From an uncultured delta proteobacterium (lineage in GTDB: Bacteria > Desulfobacterota > Desulfobacteria > Desulfobacterales > JAFDCJ01): a stretch of 38,934 nt of DNA. The translations under genes and the position numbers were made by a program. Location of the stretch: contig CAVYNY010000026.1 in NCBI GenBank assembly GCA_963769935.1, positions 1-38,934 on the forward strand, read 5' to 3'. The notes beneath the pieces are model-generated. The model was not told the DNA's origin and did no database searches. It was given only the letters and a program-made list of their open reading frames with translations. Of the stretch, positions 29,164 through 36,992 are shown in pieces (the stretch's first letter is position 1; every line of letters starts with the position of its first letter).

Positions 29164-29227
29164 GGTTTAAAAACACGGGTGCCGCTGCAGAAATGCCGGA
29201 CTGCCGGAGTGGTATTTGCAGGGGGGT

Positions 29228-29743
29228 TCAACGGACTCCCAGGGATTTGACGAAGGCGATGACGTGCCAGCGATCGTCGATCGTGATGGTCGTATCCAGA
29301 GCCGGCTGGCGTCTGCCGGGGATACCATAACTGATGGTTTTAAATAATTCGCCGTCCGGTTTGGACTGGACCTGGGCGTTGCGCAGATCGGTGGGCAGCG
29401 GCTGAAAGCTCTGGCCGACCGTGCCTTCGCCGTCATAGTCGTAGCCATGGCATTGGGCACAAAATGTCAGATATACGGCTTTGCCCCGGGTGATGACAAA
29501 TGGTTCGGAGGCCTTTATCGGGGAAATCAGATCGGCACCGGGCGTTATCCGGTAAAGGGCTTCTCCGCCGTCGACCGGAACCAGGCCTGTTTCCATAATC
29601 TGCTCCGGCGCTTCCATAGGCCTGACGCCCGGGGTTTCCCGCATACGGCCGTACCGGAAATTATTGTCATAATACATCAACGCTTCATACGCCGCGTAAA
29701 GAACCACGCCGACTACGATGAAAAAGATTATTATTTTCTTCAT
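29228..29743 (-). CDS. actE: Membrane-anchored monoheme cytochrome c, ActE-like
   Basis: N-terminal TM, RGKAVYLTFCAQCHG, PTDL, DGELFKTISYG, DRWHVIAFVKSL; inside the ACIII cluster. Confidence 0.72.
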   Translation of the reverse strand: MKKIIIFFIVVGVVLYAAYEALMYYDNNFRYGRMRETPGVRPMEAPEQIMETGLVPVDGGEALYRITPGADLISPIKASEPFVITRGKAVYLTFCAQCHGYDYDGEGTVGQSFQPLPTDLRNAQVQSKPDGELFKTISYGIPGRRQPALDTTITIDDRWHVIAFVKSLGVR

Positions 29744-30028
29744 TTATTCAACACCTTGATACGGCAGCGGTTTTAGATGCAGGGGATTTTCCTCTTGACC
29801 CTGCTGTCCCCTGACATGTTGACCCGCAGGCAGCGGATGATACGGTTCCTGTATCGAGTAGATGGATTCGCCGGGAACATCCGCAATCGGCCGGTAATCC
29901 CAATCCGGTTGGCCAAGATTGCCGATAACGTTATAGGCCAGCCATCCTTTAAACACCACCCATCCCAACATCAGCAGGATGAGGAGCCATGTTTTGACTG
30001 CGGAAGATGTATGCTCCAAATGATTCAT
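29744..30028 (-). CDS. Hypothetical single-TM protein
   Basis: Abuts both neighbours (0-1 nt), one TM, WDYRPIADVPGES tail. Confidence 0.72.
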   Translation of the reverse strand: MNHLEHTSSAVKTWLLILLMLGWVVFKGWLAYNVIGNLGQPDWDYRPIADVPGESIYSIQEPYHPLPAGQHVRGQQGQEENPLHLKPLPYQGVE

Positions 30029-30303
30029 CAGTATTTCACCTTCAAAATACCAATTAAGAGAATATACGCCAGAACCCAGATCACGGTTCCCGCGATAGTC
30101 AAGTACAAAAATATCGGAAACGGGGCGTTGCGGCCTTCGATTCCACCCGTATAGCGCTCGATGATGCGGGTTTCGCGCTCCGCTGAATCCCTGCGATTGA
30201 TATGATAGTAGCCCAGGGCAAGGATGAACAGCGCGATAAATGCCACTGCCGGGAACAAATACATGACAAAGTGCTGCAGGCCCAGAATATTGAAATATCT
30301 CAT
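30028..30303 (-). CDS. Two-TM protein resembling the CcoP/FixP N-terminal anchor, no heme motif
   Basis: RYTGGIEGRNAPFPIFLYLTIAGTVIWVLAY resembles the CcoP H.wDGIeE.dNPlP...lf..TI.f...Y pattern; AAGGA RBS. Confidence 0.65.
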   Translation of the reverse strand: MRYFNILGLQHFVMYLFPAVAFIALFILALGYYHINRRDSAERETRIIERYTGGIEGRNAPFPIFLYLTIAGTVIWVLAYILLIGILKVKY

Positions 30304-30394
30304 ATTTTATATCCTTTTGCCCCTTACTCCAAATTTATCCGCCAGGCGAATCGGGACCACGCCCTTCCGAATGCGAGCAGCCGGTCGATGGATT

Positions 30395-30658
30395 TTATTT
30401 GACTACCTTCAGCAAGGCAAACACAATGACTGCCACGGAGCACAGCAGACAGATGCAAACCAGTGAAAACAGGGCGATTGTCTCGATGCGGGCAAACCGG
30501 GATGCTTTCACCGGCTCCGTTTGCAAATCATTTTCCAGCGGAATGAACCGCGCCCGCTGCTGGTCATTGAATTGCCCCTTATTCAGCGCCCATAAAAACA
30601 CCACGATACTTATAACAAAACCGGACGCCATGTATGCGATAAAATAGGGATAATACAT
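30395..30658 (-). CDS. ccoS: cbb3-type oxidase assembly protein CcoS/FixS with extra C-terminal TM
   Basis: VFLWALNKGQFNDQQRARFIPLEND. Confidence 0.8.
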   Translation of the reverse strand: MYYPYFIAYMASGFVISIVVFLWALNKGQFNDQQRARFIPLENDLQTEPVKASRFARIETIALFSLVCICLLCSVAVIVFALLKVVK

Positions 30659-30674
30659 GTTTGAAATCCTGTAT

Positions 30675-30773
30675 AAATGTCTAAAATGAGTTAAAATGAG
30701 CTAAGATGTTAAAAAGAAGGATCAGAACCCATAATTTTAGGCACTTTAGGCATTTTCAAATTTTAGGCATTTT
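30675..30773. repeat. Inverted arrays of 9-10-mers between ccoO and ccoS
   Basis: AAATGTCTAA AATGAGTTAA AATGAGCTAA ... ATTTTAGGC ACTTTAGGC ... ATTTTAGGCATTT. Confidence 0.65.
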
Positions 30774-30777
30774 CTTT

Positions 30778-31710
30778 TCATGGTTCCCAGGCCGAGTCGA
30801 TGCCGCGCGGCTCGGTGTTGGCGTCACTCTGGTTGATAAAGTAAACCGCCACGTAGTTGCCGACCTCCCAGATTTTTTGCGACTCCAGATCGCGTTTGAA
30901 ATAAGGCATGGCGGTTCCGGTAATGCCGTTCATGATTTGATAGTAGAGAATCCCGCCGGAAATTTCTCTGCCTTTTAAAATCGTAAAATTTAACGGCGGC
31001 GGATAGAGATAGGGCTGGGCCGGGCCCATCCCGTCTCCAACCGGGCCATGGCAGCCGATGCAAAAAAACTGGTAGATTTTGTGTCCTCGTTGAAGACCGG
31101 CATCCGTCGTCGGATACGGATCGGGAACTTCGTGCCAGCCTTGGGGAATATGATCCGCCAGCCACTTGACATTGGCCTCGGGCCCGCCTTCAAAACCTTT
31201 AATGGATTCCTTTTTCCAGTAACGCTGCCGCTCCATGCGGCGGTCTGCATCTTTAAGTCCCAGACTTTGTATATACTGAGCCAGTTTATGAATCCGGTCC
31301 ATGCCCAACCATTTAAAGGGCGGCATGATCGAAGCCGGCCGCGTGAACCGCGGATTGATGAAATGGGCGACGTGCCAATCGTCCGGATGCTCGCCGCCTT
31401 CCTGGGAAAGATCAACGCCCGTTCGCTGCGAGCCCAGTTCGATGGGTTCATCCGCGAGGTAGTCCCCGGACTGGGCGATACGCTCCGCTCCGTGGCCCCA
31501 ATCGAAGGCGCGAATCGCTTGGCTGTGGCAGTAAACACAGCCGTTTTGCAGATAAATCAGGCGGCCTTCCGCCTCTATCTTGGTTCGTTCGCGAAATATG
31601 TCGGAGGGTGTCGTCGTACGCTTGGCATAGGGCCAGTAGACCATGGTCAGGGCGATTGCAGCCAAAAGGGCCAGAATGCCGACAATAATAACAGTCGGGG
31701 TCATTTTCAT
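30778..31710 (-). CDS. ccoO: cbb3-type oxidase subunit II with fused second cytochrome c domain
   Basis: EGRLIYLQNGCVYCHSQ, GSQRTGVDL, WHVAHFINPR, SIMP; second heme CIGCH with GTAMP; ATGA overlap with ccoN. Confidence 0.88.
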   Translation of the reverse strand: MKMTPTVIIVGILALLAAIALTMVYWPYAKRTTTPSDIFRERTKIEAEGRLIYLQNGCVYCHSQAIRAFDWGHGAERIAQSGDYLADEPIELGSQRTGVDLSQEGGEHPDDWHVAHFINPRFTRPASIMPPFKWLGMDRIHKLAQYIQSLGLKDADRRMERQRYWKKESIKGFEGGPEANVKWLADHIPQGWHEVPDPYPTTDAGLQRGHKIYQFFCIGCHGPVGDGMGPAQPYLYPPPLNFTILKGREISGGILYYQIMNGITGTAMPYFKRDLESQKIWEVGNYVAVYFINQSDANTEPRGIDSAWEP

Positions 31711-33080
31711 GTTGAAGCTCCACGATTAAAATATAGCGATCGCAATATATTGTACAGGCCCAGATAGGCGCCGGTCACAATCATCGTCCCGAGTGAGGCC
31801 CTTATGATATAATAGGGTTGAAGCTCCGGCAAGGTACGATAGATGGTTTCGCCGTTGTACCAGGCACTGCCCTGGATCAGTCCCACAATGGTGAGCACGA
31901 TTAAAAAGCCGGTAATCCCGATCAGCACCAGCCAGTACTGAACATCGGCCAGGAACCTGCTGTAGAGGGGTTTGCCGGTCAGCCGCGGGAGAATGAAATA
32001 GAGTCCCCCCAGCGCCGTCAAGCCGGCAAAACCAAGCACGCCGATGTGGGCATGGCCGACGACCCAGTTGTTGTAGTGGGTGATGCGCTGCACATGCGGC
32101 AGGGCCATCATGGAGCCCTGGATGTTGACGAAGAAATAGAAGATAGTGCCGGCGAATATGAACTTGGCGCCGATATCGGCATGGATTCGGCCGAGCTTGC
32201 CCTTGATTGTGTACCAGATATTGATCAGAAAGACCATGACCGGGATGACCATGGCTATGCTGTCGACGACCGATATCGTTTTCAGCCAGGTCGGCACCGG
32301 CACTTGCAGCAAATGATGGGTGCCGATGTGGGTATATACCACGATCAACGACCAGAAGCCCAGCAGCGACAGGGTGTGGCTGTACAACGGGCTGCGGGTT
32401 GCGATCGGCAGGACATAGTAGGCCACCCCCAGGCCCATGGGCGTCAACAGAAGCCCAAAGATGTTGTGGCCGTAAAACCAAAGAATAATGGCATCCGGAA
32501 TGCCGGCTAAAGCGCCGGTGTCCGGTTTCCAGATGACATTGCCGATGCAGTAGGTGACGGCCGTCAGGATAACGGCCGCCAGAACATACCATACGGAAAC
32601 ATATAAAATCTTCTCCCGGCGCCGGCGCACAGTCATCAGCAGATTGAAAATGACCATCGCGAAAGAAATTACCATCATAATATCTACCGGCCAGGCCAGC
32701 TCCGCGTATTCCCGGGCCTGGGTGTGGCCGGTGGAGATTCCAATGATGCCGGCCGCCACGGTAAGGTTCCAGAAAACCGCATTGAATACGCCCAGCTTGT
32801 GGCTGAAAAGCTCTGTTTTGAGCAGTCGCGGAATATAGTAAAAGGCGGCCGCCAAAAGGCCTGGGGTAACGAATCCGAACAGTACGCCGTTGACGTGCAT
32901 CGGCCGTATGCGGCCGAAGTGGATGTACTCGATATTGGCCATGAAGTCAGGGGCTATCAGATACCCCGCGCCGATCATCCCGAAGGTTGTCGCCGCAGCA
33001 AACCAAAAGGCGGATGTCAGCATAAACGCTTTGGCCGTCGGGTTTGGGTCTGGTACATTTTCAATTGCTTCATCAGACAA
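31707..33080 (-). CDS. ccoN: Heme-copper oxidase subunit I, C (cbb3) family
   Basis: FGRIRPMHVN, REYAE, WFYGHN, YTHIGTHH, WVVGHAH: six His ligands plus the helix-VII Tyr; TTG start after GAGGAG. Confidence 0.92.
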   Translation of the reverse strand: MSDEAIENVPDPNPTAKAFMLTSAFWFAAATTFGMIGAGYLIAPDFMANIEYIHFGRIRPMHVNGVLFGFVTPGLLAAAFYYIPRLLKTELFSHKLGVFNAVFWNLTVAAGIIGISTGHTQAREYAELAWPVDIMMVISFAMVIFNLLMTVRRRREKILYVSVWYVLAAVILTAVTYCIGNVIWKPDTGALAGIPDAIILWFYGHNIFGLLLTPMGLGVAYYVLPIATRSPLYSHTLSLLGFWSLIVVYTHIGTHHLLQVPVPTWLKTISVVDSIAMVIPVMVFLINIWYTIKGKLGRIHADIGAKFIFAGTIFYFFVNIQGSMMALPHVQRITHYNNWVVGHAHIGVLGFAGLTALGGLYFILPRLTGKPLYSRFLADVQYWLVLIGITGFLIVLTIVGLIQGSAWYNGETIYRTLPELQPYYIIRASLGTMIVTGAYLGLYNILRSLYFNRGAST

Positions 33081-33134
33081 AATTAGAACTCCTCTTAACG
33101 CGTTTAGTTATTTGTTATAACCAATAACTCCAAG

Positions 33135-33650
33135 TTAGCTGTGACACGCCAGCCAGCAATCCACATTGGCATTTTTCTTTCTATGGCATTGGATGCACAT
33201 CCCCATCCGCCAATCCTTATACGGCAGTCGCTGCAAATCTTGAACCTCCCCGTGACATTCCCGGCAGGCGATCTGGGCGTTGATATGTCTTTGATGATTG
33301 AACAGCACATGCTCGGGTATATAATTCACCTTGACCCAGGGAGTGGGGGTTTGGGTGTTGAAGTACTTGTGCTCCTTTTGGATTTGCGGGTGTCCTTTAA
33401 TTATATAATTGTGGCAGTACAGACACTTTTCCACCGGCGGGATGCCCGGGAAATTTGAGTAGGCGACATAGGGGTGGCAGAACTGGCATTGGATCTGCTT
33501 GATGCCGGCGTGCACATTATGGCTGAAGGGAATCGGCTGTTCCGGGCCGATGCCGCTCAGGGGCGACTGCCAGTAAATATAGACAAAGGCTGCCACAGCC
33601 AATATGGCGATCAGCGTCAGGAGAACAGCTACATTATTTTTTTTCAACAT
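33135..33650 (-). CDS. actA: Membrane-anchored pentaheme cytochrome c, ACIII ActA-like
   Basis: PEQPIPFSH..H, CQFCH, CLYCH, FNHQRH, CRECH, MGMCIQCH, CWLACH; ATG 33650 with AAGGA RBS. Confidence 0.85.
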   Translation of the reverse strand: MLKKNNVAVLLTLIAILAVAAFVYIYWQSPLSGIGPEQPIPFSHNVHAGIKQIQCQFCHPYVAYSNFPGIPPVEKCLYCHNYIIKGHPQIQKEHKYFNTQTPTPWVKVNYIPEHVLFNHQRHINAQIACRECHGEVQDLQRLPYKDWRMGMCIQCHRKKNANVDCWLACHS

Positions 33651-33696
33651 CCTATTCCTTGTCAATACAGCGGATTTTATTCTCTATTCTTTTAGG

Positions 33697-34912
33697 TCAT
33701 GTATTCTCCCTGACCAGTGTTATTTCGGGAAATATCTTGAGAAAATATCCGATCGCGAAGGCCATCAATCCAAAAAATCCCAGCGAAATCAACCCGTCGG
33801 AAAGGTTCAGCGGAATCGCCCGGGCCGTCTCATGGCTCAGCGCCGGTGCCAACAGCAGGAGATGTTCCAGCCAGATGCCGACGATCACGACCGAACAAAT
33901 GATCAGCATGAACAGCGGCTTGGTCTTGATATTCTGTCTCAACAGAATGAAAAAAGGGCCGATAAAACAGACGAAAAATACCGTCCATGCCAATTTGCTC
34001 CAAGGGGCCAACACGGTGCGCAGGATCACATAGTGGGTCTCTTCGGGGATGTTGCCGTAATAGATCACCAGCAGCTGGACATAGAAGAAATCAGCCCAGA
34101 GCAGACAAAAGGCAAAATACAGCTTGCCGATATCATGAAAGTGGGCGGCGCTCAGACGCGAGGCCTCACCCTGCCTGAGACGGATAATCGCCGCCAGGAT
34201 GATCAGGGCGCCCAGTCCGACATAGAATGCTTTCACGAAATTGTAGGCGCCGAACAGGGTGGAAATCCAATGGGGATCCATGCTCATGATGAGATCGAAG
34301 CCGATCAGGCTCAACACAAGCGCAAATGCCAGGATGTAGAGTCCGCCCCAGATCGTCATGCGCCGTCTGATCCGCTCCGGTTGGCGGTTGTTGCGCCGCC
34401 AGGCCTCGTATATGGATTGACGCCATTTGCTTTGCGGCTGGTTGGGATCGAGTTTGAGCTGCATGGCATTGAACAGATAGCCGAAGCCAAGGATATACAG
34501 TATCAGAAGGCCGATGCAATCGCGGGTGAAAAGAAACGGCATATTGAGCCAGACTTCCTTGCCGTGCAGATCTTCGTGCAGCCACGGGAAAATTTGGGCT
34601 TTTCCCAGGAATAACAGCAGAAACAAGAACGTATGAAATCGGGAAAAACGCTGTAAATGACTCTGAAAGTCCGGACAGCGGCCCGCTCCAGCGGGCATTG
34701 GTCATGTGCATGAGCGCTGAAAACAGAACGGCGCCCTGGGCAATGGCCGACCACAGGAGAAAGTTGATGAGGTATGCCTGCCAGGCCCTTTCGGGGTGCC
34801 GGCCGTTCAGTCCGAATATAAAGGCGGCCGCCCCGATGGCGACCAGAATGAGAAATATCCAGTATATTTTGGATTTCTGTTTTGGCATGGTTTTTTGGCT
34901 GTTCTCAGACAT
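33697..34912 (-). CDS. actF: ACIII membrane subunit ActF (NrfD-like); +1 frameshift at about 34627 in this sequence
   Basis: RAWQAYL..., ARWS, FPW, WLN.PF, MSMDPHWISTLFG, HFHDIGKL, YYGNIPEET. Confidence 0.85.
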
Positions 34913-34928
34913 GGCGGTGGACTTTCCT

Positions 34929-35435
34929 TTACTCGAAAACCTTGACATCGGCGCCCTGATTTTGAAAGAAATCTTTCAATCCGTCTTCCTGTTCGATTTC
35001 ACAGGCGGCCAGGACGCCGAAATACTCTCCGGAGCAACGCGGATCATAATATTTGAACCAACGGTAGCTGGGCAATCGTGTCAGGATGAGCAGACCGATA
35101 ACGTTGCCGAATACCGAGAAAAGAATGGTACCTTCAAAACCAACGATGACAAAGGGAATCCAGGCAATGACCGGCTTGCCGCTGACAATCAGGCTCCATT
35201 CCGTGGACGCATAAATAGCCAGGCCAAATCCGCCGATAAATCCCAATATCCCGCCGCACAAGGTAAACCATCCCACCATGCTCTTTTTTAATTTCAGGGC
35301 GTCCATGATTTTGTGGCTGGGAAAGGGTGTATTGACCCGGATGAATTTAAAACTCGATTGTTTCAGCGCCTTGATTGCCGAAACCACGGTATCCTCATCT
35401 TTAAAGAGCCCCATAATGTGGCGTTCACGCGGCAT
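34929..35435 (-). CDS. actD: ACIII subunit ActD (DUF3341)
   Basis: GLFKDE, TPFPSH, LIVSGKP, FEGTILF, YDPR.S; 2 TM; follows actC. Confidence 0.87.
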   Translation of the reverse strand: MPRERHIMGLFKDEDTVVSAIKALKQSSFKFIRVNTPFPSHKIMDALKLKKSMVGWFTLCGGILGFIGGFGLAIYASTEWSLIVSGKPVIAWIPFVIVGFEGTILFSVFGNVIGLLILTRLPSYRWFKYYDPRCSGEYFGVLAACEIEQEDGLKDFFQNQGADVKVFE

Positions 35436-36741
35436 GGCCTGCTCCTTCGGCAACGGTTTCCTTCATCTCCGTCATGGAAATCGACGGCAAATGCTTCACA
35501 AACAGCACATACAAAAAGAAAAACAGACAAAAAGTACCCAGCATGATGCCGTATTCGATCATGGAAGGTGCATACAGACCCCAGGCATGGGGTGGATAGC
35601 CGTGGGCAACCCCTCCCGCGATGATGACAAATCGCTCCCACCACATGCCCCAGTTGATGAGCAGCGAAATGATAAAAAGCGCGGCAATGCTGGTGCGGAT
35701 TTTTTTAAACAAAAACAAAAGCGGGGCCATCGTGTTGCACGATACCATGAAATAAAACCCCCAGCGGTAATCGCCGGTCGCCCGCCAGTAAAATTGCGCA
35801 ACTTCAATGATGTTGTGGCTGTACCAGGCGATAAAAAATTCCGTGGCGTAAGCCAGGCCGACAATCATACCGGTGAACACAATGGTTTTGGCAACATTTT
35901 GCAGGACTTCGATGGTGATGATGTCCTGGTACTTGAACAACTTGCGCAGCGGGATCATCAGGGTCAGCACCATGGCCAATCCGGAGTGGATGGCCCCGGC
36001 CACAAAGTAGGGGGCAAAAATGGTCGAATGCCAGCCGGGAACAATGCCAAGCGCGAAATCCCAGGAAACCACACTGTGCACGGAAATGACCAGGGGTGTT
36101 GCCAGGGCTGCGAAAAACAAATAGCCGCGTCCATAATGGCGCCACTGCTCGTGGGCGCCGGTCCAGCCGAACGAGAGAATTTTAAAGATCTTATAGCGCA
36201 TGCCGGTCGACCGGTCTCTTACCGCGGCAATGTCCGGCAGCAGGCCCGTGTACCAGAAGAGGCTGCTGACGGTAAGGTAGGTGCTGATGGCAATGACATC
36301 AAACATCAACGGCGACAGGAAATTGGGCCACAGAAACCGCTGGTTGGGCAACGGGAGCATGTAGTACACCTGCCAGACCCGCCCCAGGTGAATAAACGGA
36401 AACAATCCGGCGATGCACACCGCAAACACCGTCATGGTTTCCGCGGCCCGGGCAATGGGGTTGCGCCAGCCGGCTCGAAACAGATGTAAAATAGCGGAGA
36501 TCAACGTGCCCGAATGGGCGATACCGACCCAGAAGACGAAATTTATCAGATACGTTCCCCAGGCCACCGGGATGTTTTGGCCTCCCGCGCCGATGCCGAC
36601 AAAAATCTGATAGGTCCAGCAGGCAGCTCCGATCATCACCCCGACGAACAAAAGAAAAACAGTCCACCAGTAGTACTTTTTCGGCGGTGTCAACGTGTTC
36701 AGGATCGTTTGATCGATATTAGCGAAAGTGAGTTGCGACAT
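35425..36741 (-). CDS. actC: ACIII quinol-oxidising subunit ActC (NrfD/PsrC family)
   Basis: NFVFWVGIAHSGTLISAIL, RAAETMT, HLGRVW, WPNFLSPLMFD, SVHSVVSWDFA, WHSTIFAPYFVAGAI. Confidence 0.92.
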   Translation of the reverse strand: MSQLTFANIDQTILNTLTPPKKYYWWTVFLLFVGVMIGAACWTYQIFVGIGAGGQNIPVAWGTYLINFVFWVGIAHSGTLISAILHLFRAGWRNPIARAAETMTVFAVCIAGLFPFIHLGRVWQVYYMLPLPNQRFLWPNFLSPLMFDVIAISTYLTVSSLFWYTGLLPDIAAVRDRSTGMRYKIFKILSFGWTGAHEQWRHYGRGYLFFAALATPLVISVHSVVSWDFALGIVPGWHSTIFAPYFVAGAIHSGLAMVLTLMIPLRKLFKYQDIITIEVLQNVAKTIVFTGMIVGLAYATEFFIAWYSHNIIEVAQFYWRATGDYRWGFYFMVSCNTMAPLLFLFKKIRTSIAALFIISLLINWGMWWERFVIIAGGVAHGYPPHAWGLYAPSMIEYGIMLGTFCLFFFLYVLFVKHLPSISMTEMKETVAEGAGHAA

Positions 36742-36749
36742 GTTTTTAA

Positions 36750-36986
36750 CCGTTTTCCCGTTTTTCCGTTGGCCGGTTAGCCCGTTGGCCGGTCGGCCAG
36801 TTAAGTCGGCTATTTGATCCTATGTTTATTTGCGTGTGAAAAAAATTTGTTATCGATATAGAAAGTTATTATTTATTAAAATAAAAGCGTTTATCCTTTT
36901 TTAACCGGCCAACCGGCCAACCGGCCAACCGGCCAACGGGCCAACCGGCCAACCGGCCAACGGGCCAACCGGCCAACGGGCCAACC
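36750..36986. repeat. (AAC[C/G]GGCC)x10 tandem array with an inverted degenerate array, family 3
   Basis: Ten 8-mer units at 36903-36982; complementary degenerate units at 36750-36804; AT-rich spacer between. Confidence 0.92.
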
Positions 36987-36992
36987 CAAAAG

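Noticed and set aside
31707..33080. Nitric oxide reductase NorB
   Set aside because: Lacks the HLWVEG Glu motif; has WFYGHN and the C-family helix-VII Tyr.
33604..36489. Long antisense ORFs 33604-34614 and 35278-36489 (also 1960-3066, 8467-9123, 23991-24698)
   Set aside because: Shadow frames of well-supported genes in GC-rich coding DNA; no recognisable motifs.
36903..36986. CRISPR array (also considered for the other repeats)
   Set aside because: Contiguous 8-mers with no unique spacers; no cas genes in the window.
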